Below are positions 55,669-64,000 of a stretch of DNA of 64,000 nt, piece after piece. Source of the stretch: an uncultured delta proteobacterium. GTDB taxonomy: Bacteria; Desulfobacterota; Desulfobacteria; Desulfobacterales; Desulfosarcinaceae. Location: positions 42,375 through 106,374 of the forward strand of contig CAVONM010000013.1 of NCBI GenBank assembly GCA_963697225.1. Direction: 5' to 3'. The position numbers were made by a program, and so were the translations under genes. The stretch's first letter is position 1, and every line of letters begins with the position of its first letter. The notes beneath the pieces are model-generated. The model did not search any database and had not been told where the DNA came from. It worked only from the letters and a program-made list of their open reading frames with translations.

Positions 55669-56726
55669 CCGGCGACCCAAAGTATCCGCAAGGGATGGAA
55701 ACGGAAAACGGCCCCATGCGCAGCGCAGCAGCGACCCGCCACGATGTTCGGACCGAAACCCTGGAGAGCCTGGCAAGATACTGGCAAGGTGGCGAACATA
55801 CGCTGAAATGGGCCTGCCCCTTCGTTCTGCCACAATGGCTGAGCGCCTGGTGGCCAATCGCTGACAGGGATTGGTCACCATATATCCTGTCCGTATACCA
55901 CCAAGGGCTGCTGGCTGGCATCGCCCCGCTGATGCGAAGAGACCACCAGGCCCGTCTCATCGGTGATGCCGACCTCTGCGATCATCTGGATGTCGTCGTG
56001 GTCCCGCAGCATGCCGAGAAATTTTGCCAGGCCCTGCTCGATGGTCTGGCGCGTGACGGGGTCCGAGAGCTGGAGTTGTCGCCAATTCGCCAGGATTCAT
56101 CGGTGATGACCCACCTGATACCCATGGCCGAAGAATGGGGTGTGCGGGTCAGCCATGACCACCTTGCCCAATTGTTTGCCATGCCACTGCCCGCCAGTTG
56201 GGAGTCCTATCTTCAGGGTCTGAGTGGCAAGGAGCGCCATGAGATCCGGCGAAAGATCAGACGGCTTCACCAAGCCGGCCGCGTGACCCTGCGCTGCATT
56301 GGTCATGCTGCCGAGGTGCCGGCGGCCATGGAGACCTTTTTGACCCTGTTCAAGGCCAACCGAACCGACAAGGCGGCCTTCATGACCGACAAGATGATGG
56401 CCTTTTTTCTCCGATTGGCCGCTAACCTGGCCGCATCGGATCTCTTGAAACTGTACTTTTTGGATCTGGACGGCCGGCCCGTCGCGGCAACCCTGTGCAT
56501 CGATGACCGGTCCACGGTCTACCTTTACAACAACGGCTATGATGCGGCGTACCAGTCCCTGAGCATCGGCCTGCTGAGCAAGGTGCTAACCATAAAGGCC
56601 AGCATCGGTGACGGCCGGCAGGTCTATGATTTTCTCAAGGGCTCGGAAGCATACAAAAGTAGATTGGGCGGCCAGCCGATAGATGTTTACGGTTGCTCGC
56701 TGGAATTCGGCCAAACTGGGAAATGA
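55665..56726 (+). CDS. GNAT-fold acyltransferase of the FemAB-like/CelD/BioF2-like type (Acetyltransf_6)
   Basis: The C-terminal LKLYFLDLDGRPVAATLCIDDRSTVYLYNNGYD...SIGLLSKVL...YDFLKGSEAYKSRLGGQP pattern is characteristic of this family. ATGA overlap with the upstream gene. Confidence 0.6.
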   Translation: MTGDPKYPQGMETENGPMRSAAATRHDVRTETLESLARYWQGGEHTLKWACPFVLPQWLSAWWPIADRDWSPYILSVYHQGLLAGIAPLMRRDHQARLIGDADLCDHLDVVVVPQHAEKFCQALLDGLARDGVRELELSPIRQDSSVMTHLIPMAEEWGVRVSHDHLAQLFAMPLPASWESYLQGLSGKERHEIRRKIRRLHQAGRVTLRCIGHAAEVPAAMETFLTLFKANRTDKAAFMTDKMMAFFLRLAANLAASDLLKLYFLDLDGRPVAATLCIDDRSTVYLYNNGYDAAYQSLSIGLLSKVLTIKASIGDGRQVYDFLKGSEAYKSRLGGQPIDVYGCSLEFGQTGK

Positions 56727-57963
56727 GATGTCGATGAAGCCACTGACCATCGCCATGCTCAGCATCCATTCCAGCCCTATCGGAGAGCTGGGCACCCGTG
56801 ACACCGGCGGCATGAGCGTCTACGTGCGGGAACTGGCCCGCGAAATGGGCAACATGGGGCACCAGGTGGATATTTTCACCCATGCGTGGCGCGACGATGC
56901 ATCGACGGTAGTGGTCCTGGCCACCCGTGTCCGCCTGATATCACTCAGCATCAGCCACCGCGGTCCGCATTCCAAGGCCGGTCTTTATGCCCATGCGGGC
57001 GACCATGCTGCAACCATCGAGGGCTTTCGCCGACACCAAGCGCGCACCTACGACCTGATCCACAGCCATTACTGGCTTTCGGGTCACGTGGGCCGGCTGC
57101 TCAAGGAGCGCTGGCAGCGGCCCCACGCGATTACCTTTCATACGCTGGGCGCTGCGAAGGCCGAGACCGGTGTCGGCGCTGTCGAACCCACCCTTCGGCT
57201 GGCGGTTGAAAAGGAGCTGGTATTGGCCTGTGACGGTCTGCTGGCACCCTGTGAGGGTGAAAAAACCAATTTGATGCATTATTATGGAGCAGATGCAGCC
57301 AAAATCGCCATGGTCCCCGGTGGCGTTGATGTTGACCACTTTCGGCCCATGGACAAAACCATGGCCCGGCGGCGGCTGGGAATTGACCCCCGCGTCAGCT
57401 TGCTGCTTGCCATCGGGCGGCTGACACCCCAGAAGGGACAGGACCGGATCATCGAGGCGCTGCCCCACATTGAAACCGGGAGCCGGCCGCAGTTGCTGGT
57501 GGTGGGAGGCAACGGAGACGGTGACCCTGAACGGCGACGCCTGCAGAATATTGCCGCCGCAGCGGGCGTGCAGGAACGGGTAACCTTTTGCGGCAGCGTT
57601 GCCCACCGCGACCTGCCGGTGTATTATGCGGCGGCGGATGTCGTCGTGCTGGCCTCACATTATGAAAGCTTCGGGCTGGTGGGTATAGAGGCCCTGGCAT
57701 GCGGGCGGCCGGTGGTTTCCACCCCGGTGGGTGTGATGGCCGAACTGGCCCGCCTGCAGCGACCCGGCATTATCACTGCCGAGGGGTCACCGGCCGCCTT
57801 GGCCGCAGGTATCACCATCGCCGGGGATCGGGCGCTGGACTGGCCCGACCACATCATTCGCCAGAGCGTCAGGGACTATGGCTGGACCAACGCGACTGCG
57901 GCGGCCCTGGCGGCCTACCGGGCCGCCATGCAGGTCGCCCCTGCCGTCCATGGGTGGCCATGA
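56727..57963 (+). CDS. GT4 glycosyltransferase, MshA/BshA-like (predicted UDP-GlcNAc:inositol-phosphate or similar N-acetylhexosaminyl transferase)
   Basis: N-terminal IAMLSIHSSPIGELGTRDTGGMSVYV and C-terminal EXXXXE-type ESFGLVGIEALACGRPVV motifs of GT4 retaining transferases. Organisation closely resembles MshA. Confidence 0.75.
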
Positions 57964-58069
57964 ATGCCCGGTCATTCAGCCGATGCATTGCGTCTCACAT
58001 TGATCGGTAACACACCCATCACGTTTCATCCGCCATCGTCCAACCCGGGCGGATGATGAAAGGATAACC

Positions 58070-58804
58070 ATGAAACTGATTGTTCATGACACGATTCCGG
58101 ACGCGCCGGCACGGAAGCCCTGTGACGTCCTCGTGCTCTCGGCGCATCCGGATGACGCCGAATTCGGGGCTGCCGGGACGGTCATTCGCTGGGTCGATGA
58201 GGGCCGGCGCATCGTTTATGCCATTGCCACCAATGGTGACAAAGGTACCAGCGATCGCACCCTGACCCCTGAGGTGCTGGCCGCCATTCGCCGGGACGAA
58301 CAGGCACGCGCGGCCACATCTATCGGCGTCCACGAAATCGTTTACCTGGGATACCCGGATCAGGGTCTCGAGGATACCCCCGCGCTGCGCAAGGACGTCG
58401 TTCGCCTGTTGCGGATTTTTCGCCCCCGCATACTGGTCACTTCGGATCCGTATCGGCGCTATCTTTGGCACCGGGACCATCGCATCATCGGCCAGGTGGC
58501 CATGGATGCCGTGTTTCCTTACGCCCGGGACCACATGGCCTATCCCGATCTTCTCGAAAAGGGCCTGGAACCCCACAAGGTGGCAGAGGTCTTCTTCTGG
58601 GGGACCGAAGACATCGACTACCGCTCGGATATTACCGACACATTCGAGCGTAAAATCAAAGCCCTGCGCTGCCACGCCAGCCAGATGAAAGAATTCAGGT
58701 TTTCGGACCCGGTGGAATGGTTAAAGGAGCGCTGTCGCGAGATGGCCCAAGGCTCCGATTTTGAACTGGCCGAAGGGTTTCATCGGGTGGCCCTGCCGAT
58801 GTAG
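58070..58804 (+). CDS. PIG-L/LmbE-family N-acetylglucosaminyl deacetylase (MshB/BshB-like)
   Basis: VLSAHPDDAEFGAAGT zinc-binding motif. HRDH present. Confidence 0.8.
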   Translation: MKLIVHDTIPDAPARKPCDVLVLSAHPDDAEFGAAGTVIRWVDEGRRIVYAIATNGDKGTSDRTLTPEVLAAIRRDEQARAATSIGVHEIVYLGYPDQGLEDTPALRKDVVRLLRIFRPRILVTSDPYRRYLWHRDHRIIGQVAMDAVFPYARDHMAYPDLLEKGLEPHKVAEVFFWGTEDIDYRSDITDTFERKIKALRCHASQMKEFRFSDPVEWLKERCREMAQGSDFELAEGFHRVALPM

Positions 58805-58889
58805 CCCTTTCTGGTGATTCCCATTCATACGGTCGGCATCCGCGGCTGCGGCTGCCTCTCCATTAAAACCTAAAAAAGGTGATAAACGC

Positions 58890-60254
58890 GTGTACAAACG
58901 ATCCGAAGCACCACACAACGCCAGGAACAGCCCCACCCCCGTTGCGCGGCCTGAAGGTCGCCTGGGGGTGTTGATTCCGGGTATGGGGGCAGTGGCCACC
59001 ACGTTTATCGGCGGTGTGCTGGCAATTCGCCGCGGCCTGGGCAAACCGATCGGCGCCCTGTCCCAAATGGGTACCCTGTCGATGGGCGGCGCCCCGTCCG
59101 AGGGCGACCGCCTGATCCGGGATGTGGTTCCCCTGGCCCGGATGGACGACCTCGTTTTCGGCGGCTGGGACATCTTCGATGACGACATGTATGCCGCTGC
59201 CGTCACTGCCGGGGTGCTGGCACAACCGACCCTGGATGGCATCCGATCGGACCTGCAGGCCATACGGCCAATGCCGGCAGTGTTTGACAGGCGTTATGTC
59301 AACCGGCTCGACGGACGCCACACCAAGTCGGGACGCTCCAAAATGGATCTTGCCGATCAGGTTCGTGCGGACATCCGGGCTTTCAAGGCCGCCAACGGCC
59401 TTGCACGCATGGTCATGATCTGGTGCGGCAGCACCGAAGTCTATTCCCAGCCAGGGCCGGTGCACCAATCCGTGAGCAGTTTTGAAGCGGGTCTGAAAAC
59501 CGACGATCCGGGAATCGCCCCCAGCATGATATACGCCTATGCGGCCATCCAGGAAGGTCTGCCATTTGTCAACGGCGCCCCCAATTTGACAGAGGAGATT
59601 CCCGCCCTGCAGGCCATGGCGCAGCAACACCAGGTGCCCCTGAGCGGCAAGGATTTCAAGACCGGTCAGACCATGATCAAAACCGTTCTGGCACCCGCTT
59701 TCAGGGCGCGGCTGCTGGGGGTCGCCGGCTGGTTTTCCACCAACATATTAGGCAATCGGGACGGCGAGGTGCTGGATGACCCACAGGCGCTGAAGGCCAA
59801 AGAGATCAGTAAACTGAGCGCGTTGGAGCATATCCTGCAGCCGGGATTATTCCCCGATCTTTACGCGGATCTGCATCACAGTGTCAAAATCAACTATTAC
59901 CCGCCGCGGGGTGACAACAAAGAAGGCTGGGACAATATCGATATTTTCGGCTGGCTCGGGTATCCCATGCAAATCAAGATCAATTTTCTGTGCCGCGACA
60001 GCATCCTGGCTGCCCCACTGGTATTGGATGTGGCCTTGTTTATGGATCTGGCGGCACGCGCCGGTTGGCACGGCCCGCAGGACTGGCTCTCTTTTTATTA
60101 CAAAAGCCCGATTACCCCCGCGGGCGTATCGGTAGAACACGATCTGTTTAAACAACTCGAGCGATTGACTGCCAGGCTGAACCAGGCCGCGCAGGCGGCC
60201 GTTCGAAGCAAGGCGTTTAGTGGCAACCACCAAAAAAGGAGACTTTCAACATGA
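58890..60254 (+). CDS. ino1: myo-Inositol-3-phosphate synthase (bacterial/archaeal type)
   Basis: 454 aa. N-terminal NAD-binding LGVLIPGMGAVATTFIGGV and conserved MIPS core motifs (NGAPNL, SGKDFKTGQT). Confidence 0.8.
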   Translation: MYKRSEAPHNARNSPTPVARPEGRLGVLIPGMGAVATTFIGGVLAIRRGLGKPIGALSQMGTLSMGGAPSEGDRLIRDVVPLARMDDLVFGGWDIFDDDMYAAAVTAGVLAQPTLDGIRSDLQAIRPMPAVFDRRYVNRLDGRHTKSGRSKMDLADQVRADIRAFKAANGLARMVMIWCGSTEVYSQPGPVHQSVSSFEAGLKTDDPGIAPSMIYAYAAIQEGLPFVNGAPNLTEEIPALQAMAQQHQVPLSGKDFKTGQTMIKTVLAPAFRARLLGVAGWFSTNILGNRDGEVLDDPQALKAKEISKLSALEHILQPGLFPDLYADLHHSVKINYYPPRGDNKEGWDNIDIFGWLGYPMQIKINFLCRDSILAAPLVLDVALFMDLAARAGWHGPQDWLSFYYKSPITPAGVSVEHDLFKQLERLTARLNQAAQAAVRSKAFSGNHQKRRLST

Positions 60255-60712
60255 AGCAACTGCAACCGGGAAATGCAGCACCGGCGTTCAGCGCATTGGA
60301 TCAGCACGGCGGTAGCGTCAATCTGTCCGATTTCAAGGGGCGCAGGGTATTCATCTTTTTCTACCCCAAAGCCAATACCTCCGGCTGAACGACCCAGGCC
60401 CAGGCGGTGCGGGACGCACTGCCCGATCTGACGGCTGCCGGCGTGGCCGTTATTGGCATCAGTCCGGACCCGGTCGCTCAGCAGAAAAAATTCGACGACA
60501 AGCACGGTCTGGGGTTTGCCCTGCTCAGCGACAGCGACCACCACATTGCCGACGCCTACGGCGTGTGGGGCGAAAAGAAAATGACTGGCAAGACCTATAT
60601 GGGGATCGAGCGGTCGGCGTTTTTGATCAATGAATCTGGCAACATCAGCGCCACCGGTTACAACATCAGCCCCCAGCAAACGATGCCCGCATTGAAGCAG
60701 TGGCTGGCGTGA
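60251..60712 (+). CDS. bcp: Peroxiredoxin (Bcp/PrxQ-type) with an in-frame TGA at the peroxidatic Cys position: predicted selenocysteine-containing peroxiredoxin
   Basis: Reads ...VFIFFYPKANTSG-TGA-TTQAQAVRD... The canonical Bcp motif is FYPKA.TPGCTTQAC. The TGA (60386-60388) is in frame with the ATG at 60251, which overlaps the ino1 stop as ATGA. The protein has no Cys at all. A 9-bp hairpin lies 15 nt downstream of the TGA. Confidence 0.7.
60403..60423 (+). promoter_or_regulatory. Candidate SECIS-like hairpin (GGCGGUGCG-GGA-CGCACUGCC) 15 nt downstream of the in-frame UGA
   Basis: Base pairing read from the sequence (one G-U pair). The position is appropriate for a bacterial SECIS. The apical loop is small, so the real structure may differ. 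Confidence 0.35.
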
Positions 60713-60807
60713 CGCAACGCCGACCGTGAACCGCGGTGTTCTGATGTCAATGAAATCCTTGCCCCATATCGATTTAATCGCTCAAATTTAACCGGTGGAG
60801 AAAAAAG

Positions 60808-61416
60808 ATGAACGCGCGACAGATAATGGACAGCGATGAATTCAAGCGCTGTGAGGCCTTTCACGGCCACGTGTGCGGCGGGCTGGCCATCGGCTATGTG
60901 GCGGCCAGGGCCGGGCTGGACTGGCTGCGGGAAAAGCGGGCTCTGGACGAAGAACTGGTGGCTATCGTGGAAACCGATGCCTGCTGTGTGGACGCTATCC
61001 AGGTGGTCACCGGCTGCACGTTGGGCAAAGGCAACCTCATCTTCCGGGACTACGGGAAGATGGGCTTTACCTTTTTCAACCGCCGCACCGGCCAGGGGGT
61101 GCGGTTGGCCATGAAACCGGACACCATCCGCGTCAACCATCGGCAGGTCGAACTACTCGGAAAAACGCGTGACGGCAGCATCACGGAAGCGGAAAAAGCC
61201 GAATTGGAAACATTGGGTAACCAGCGAACAGCCGAGGTGTTGGAAACCCGCGCCGGCGACCTGTTCTGCATGACACCGGTCACCGCCGGCATGCCGGACA
61301 GGGCCCGCATCGAGCCCTCAACACCCTGCGCCCGCTGTGGTGAGCCCACCATGGGGTCCAAACTGGCGTCGGTGGATGGCCACGCGGTTTGTCGGGCCTG
61401 CTTGGCCGCGGATTAA
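60808..61416 (+). CDS. FmdE-family protein with C-terminal zinc ribbon
   Basis: FHGHVCGGLAIGY signature of FmdE. C-terminal CARCGEP...CRAC. Confidence 0.7.
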   Translation: MNARQIMDSDEFKRCEAFHGHVCGGLAIGYVAARAGLDWLREKRALDEELVAIVETDACCVDAIQVVTGCTLGKGNLIFRDYGKMGFTFFNRRTGQGVRLAMKPDTIRVNHRQVELLGKTRDGSITEAEKAELETLGNQRTAEVLETRAGDLFCMTPVTAGMPDRARIEPSTPCARCGEPTMGSKLASVDGHAVCRACLAAD

Positions 61417-61457
61417 CTAATGGTGCCTCTATCGCGGGAGAATGTCGCGGCCATGGG

Positions 61458-62060
61458 TCACTTTGCCGCGGTATAGATGTCGTTCACCCGATCCCAGTTG
61501 ACGACGTTGAAGAAGGCGCCGATGTAATCCGGCCGGCGGTTCTGGTACTTCAGGTAATAGGCATGCTCCCAGACGTCGATGCCCATGACCGGTGTCTTTC
61601 CCTGGCTGATGGGATTGTCCTGGTTGGGCGTTGCCACGATCTCCAGATTGCCCTTGTCCAGCACCAGCCAGGTCCACCCGCTGCCGAAAAGGAGGGCGGC
61701 GGTATTCGAAAAGGTCTCCTTGAATTTCTCATGGCTGCCGAATCGTTTTTTGACGGCATCGGCAACCGGCCCACCGAACGTGACATCTTTTTTCAGCATC
61801 GGCCACCAGAACGAGTGGTTGGCATGCCCGCCGCCGTGATTGCGCACGGCTGTGCGGATGTCCTCGGGAACTGTATCGAGACTCTTCAAGAGCGCTTCGG
61901 CGCTTTTATCCTTAAACACCTCATGACCACTGAGGGCGCCATTCAGCTTGTCCACATAGGTCTGGTGGTGCTTCGTGTGGTGAATTTCCATGGTCCTGGC
62001 GTCGAAATAAGGTTCTAAAGCGTCATATGCGTAGGGTAGTTTTGGCAATGTATGATTCAT
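61458..62060 (-). CDS. sod: Fe/Mn superoxide dismutase
   Basis: [25 protein letters not shown]...DVWEHAYYL. 200 aa. Confidence 0.95.
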   Translation of the reverse strand: MNHTLPKLPYAYDALEPYFDARTMEIHHTKHHQTYVDKLNGALSGHEVFKDKSAEALLKSLDTVPEDIRTAVRNHGGGHANHSFWWPMLKKDVTFGGPVADAVKKRFGSHEKFKETFSNTAALLFGSGWTWLVLDKGNLEIVATPNQDNPISQGKTPVMGIDVWEHAYYLKYQNRRPDYIGAFFNVVNWDRVNDIYTAAK

Positions 62061-62237
62061 GGTTGGTTCTCCGGGTTGTGGTTTGCCAGCGGGAGATGAA
62101 CCGACTCACCTGTGCGCGACTAAACGCGCCGATTCCACGTGAACCGATGCTGTCCCGCTGTTGACAAACAATGGCGACGCACCTAAAATAAATCAAATCG
62201 ATAATTATTATATCAACATCAAAAAAAACTATATTAC

Positions 62238-63200
62238 ATGATTACCCATACCCAACTGGAGTACCTGGTGGCCGTGGACCGCCACGGGAGTTTCTCGGCG
62301 GCAGCCGCCCGGTGTTTTGTCACCCAGCCGACGTTGAGCATGCAGATTCAAAAACTAGAGGCGGAATTGGGTGTGACCTTGTTCGACCGAGGCCGGAAAC
62401 CGGTTGAGGCCACACCTGTCGGGAAGGCCGTCATTGACCGGGCCTACCGGACGCTGCGGGAATTCAAGGGCATCGTCGAGTTGGTCCATGATCAGCGGGA
62501 AGCCGTCTCGGGAGAGCTGCGCGTGGGCATCATTCCTACCCTGGGTGCTTATCTGCTGCCCCGGTTCATCCCGGATCTGCTCACATCCTATCCGCTGGTT
62601 CGGATGACCATTCAGGAACGGCTCACCGGTGACATTGTCGAGGGGTTGCGGCGGGATCTGCTGGATGTCGGCATTGCCGCCACGCCCTTGGAAGAAAAAG
62701 GGATTCGGGAGACGCCGTTGTTCCGTGAGCCGTTCTATGCCTTGGTCTCCGCCGGCCACCGGCTGGCAGACAAGAAGCGGCTGTCAACCGGGGACCTCGC
62801 GCCGGATGAGATGATTCTGCTGGACAGCGGCCACTGCCTGCGCAAACAGGTGTCCCGAATTTGCATGGGGACCTTTAACCAGGATGATCACCCGTCGGTC
62901 AGGCTGCGATTTGTGGGTGGCAGCCTGGAAGGCCTGATACGGATCGTGGAATCGGGGTACGGGGTCACGCTGCTTCCCGAATTGGCCGCCATGACCCTGG
63001 CAAAAGGTTCTCGGGAGCTGCTGCATCCGCTTGAAGCCCCGGTGCCCGCACGCGAGGTGAGCCTCATCACCCATGGGGAAGGCGTCAAGACCCGGCTGCT
63101 GGAGATCCTCAAACTGTCGATTCTAAAGGGTCTTCCTGCTGGGTTGAAAGATGCCGAAGGCGGTCACGCCCTGCGCGTTATCGGCGCAGGGAAGGCCTGA
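62238..63200 (+). CDS. oxyR: LysR-family regulator, OxyR-like (peroxide sensor)
   Basis: LysR HTH. LDSGHCLRKQVSRIC reproduces the OxyR redox Cys pair spacing (E. coli GHCLRDQAMGFC). Divergent from sod. Confidence 0.7.
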   Translation: MITHTQLEYLVAVDRHGSFSAAAARCFVTQPTLSMQIQKLEAELGVTLFDRGRKPVEATPVGKAVIDRAYRTLREFKGIVELVHDQREAVSGELRVGIIPTLGAYLLPRFIPDLLTSYPLVRMTIQERLTGDIVEGLRRDLLDVGIAATPLEEKGIRETPLFREPFYALVSAGHRLADKKRLSTGDLAPDEMILLDSGHCLRKQVSRICMGTFNQDDHPSVRLRFVGGSLEGLIRIVESGYGVTLLPELAAMTLAKGSRELLHPLEAPVPAREVSLITHGEGVKTRLLEILKLSILKGLPAGLKDAEGGHALRVIGAGKA

Positions 63201-64000
63201 TTGCTTTCCTTGCCGCATCGGGGGCCAGCAAAAGGATCACGCCGGCCGCCACCACCAGTGCGCCGGCAATTTCGATCGGGGCCAGGGTCTCGCCCAGGAT
63301 CAGGTGGGCATAGAAAACGGCGAAAGCAATTTCGGACATCACCAGAATGGATGCGATACCTGCCGGCAGCCGGCCCAATGCAAAGGTAAAAACGAAAAAA
63401 GCGAAGACGGTGGAGATGCCGATCAACCCCCCGAACCACAGGTAGGCGATGGCAGGAACCGGCGGGGGCAGAAGGCTGCCTGTGAAAAACTGGCCGGGCA
63501 GCAGGATCAGGGAGGCGATGCCGAATGCCCAGGCAAGCGTCACCACGGCACTGTAGCCGCTGCGCAACGCCTTGCCGAAGAGGCTCCATCCGGCGTACAG
63601 TGCCGGTACGAGAAAACCCACCGCAATACCGGCAAGGCTGACCTCGGGTGCACCGGCCTGGATGAGCCCGGAAACCAGAACCGTCCCCATGGCGATGACG
63701 ATCAGCGAGAAGATCTTCAACCCGGTGAGCGGCTCTTTCCAGACCATACGGGCCACAACCATCACCATCGCCGGCATGGCCGCCTGTTGAATGGTCGTAA
63801 TGGCCGCACCGTTGAGCCGGTACCCCAGGTTGAGGGCCACGTGAAAGACGCCCAAACTGACACCCATGCCAGCAATCACGGGCCAGTCCGAGCGACGGAT
63901 GGCCATGCTTTTTCGTTCGGTACCTGCGGCCAGTATGAGAAAAACGACGAACGCAGCCGTATCTCGCCAGAATGCCAGCGTCAGGGACGACACCTGGTCG
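63178..64000 (-). CDS. EamA/DMT-family transporter (may extend beyond the window end)
   Basis: Polytopic, with EamA-like repeats. The first Met in the ORF track is at 63993; the window ends at 64000. Confidence 0.55.
   Translation of the reverse strand, partial: DQVSSLTLAFWRDTAAFVVFLILAAGTERKSMAIRRSDWPVIAGMGVSLGVFHVALNLGYRLNGAAITTIQQAAMPAMVMVVARMVWKEPLTGLKIFSLIVIAMGTVLVSGLIQAGAPEVSLAGIAVGFLVPALYAGWSLFGKALRSGYSAVVTLAWAFGIASLILLPGQFFTGSLLPPPVPAIAYLWFGGLIGISTVFAFFVFTFALGRLPAGIASILVMSEIAFAVFYAHLILGETLAPIEIAGALVVAAGVILLLAPDAARKAIRPSLRR

Noticed and set aside
60407-60712. Track ORF calling the peroxiredoxin from a GTG at 60407 (101 aa)
   Set aside because: That call discards the conserved Bcp N-terminus (FIFFYPKA...) present upstream in the same frame. 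The longer Sec-containing reading from 60251 is preferred.
1-64000. Search for CRISPR arrays, rRNA, tRNA, IS elements and integrases
   Set aside because: No regularly spaced direct repeats, no tRNA-like T-arm (GGTTCGAATCC-type) motifs, and no transposase or integrase-like ORFs were seen. The AT-rich pockets contain gene remnants rather than mobile-element genes.

Overview
GC-rich (~60-65%) bacterial chromosomal segment with no rRNA, tRNA, CRISPR array or transposase recognised. Gene content points to an anaerobic deltaproteobacterium of the Desulfobacterales type: a Lon protease, a DtxR-family regulator, an AprB remnant, a selenoprotein, an FmdE-family protein, SdhA/SdhB flavoprotein and Fe-S subunits, and a CooT-like Ni-binding protein.

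Recognised systems and unusual architectures:
- A family-1 encapsulin shell gene (31592-32410) sits directly after a hemerythrin-like cargo gene whose C-terminus carries the GLGIGSLK targeting peptide.
- A tightly linked plus-strand operon (49105-61416) combines an inositol-3-phosphate synthase, a MshA-like GT4 glycosyltransferase, a MshB/BshB-like deacetylase, a FemAB-fold GNAT, two Gfo/Idh/MocA oxidoreductases (one fused to ThuA), a HAD phosphatase and two S51-fold proteins. One S51-fold protein carries a C-terminal domain resembling the CysRS anticodon-binding end. The operon is translationally coupled to a peroxiredoxin whose peroxidatic Cys codon is an in-frame TGA, a putative selenocysteine. 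My inference is a previously undescribed mycothiol/bacillithiol-like glucosaminyl-inositol pathway with a dedicated peroxidase. SOD and OxyR genes lie next to it.
- An unusual 1005-aa fusion (8160-11177) joins an adenylating domain to a plant-type 2Fe-2S ferredoxin and a RACo/DUF4445-like ASKHA ATPase.
- A COG4258-type MMPL-like exporter is fused to a C-terminal SAM methyltransferase next to plsY. A FabH-like ketosynthase and a PLP Cys/Met enzyme form an operon further upstream.
- Two CarH/LitR-like MerR plus B12-binding regulators are present.
- Several gene remnants (AprB N-terminus, photolyase-related COG3046 gene, ldh N-terminus, a methyltransferase fragment, a DUF2237 gene with an in-frame TAA) cluster in two lower-GC pockets.

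All calls rest on reading the translated ORFs, motif recognition and memory of protein families. No database search was run.
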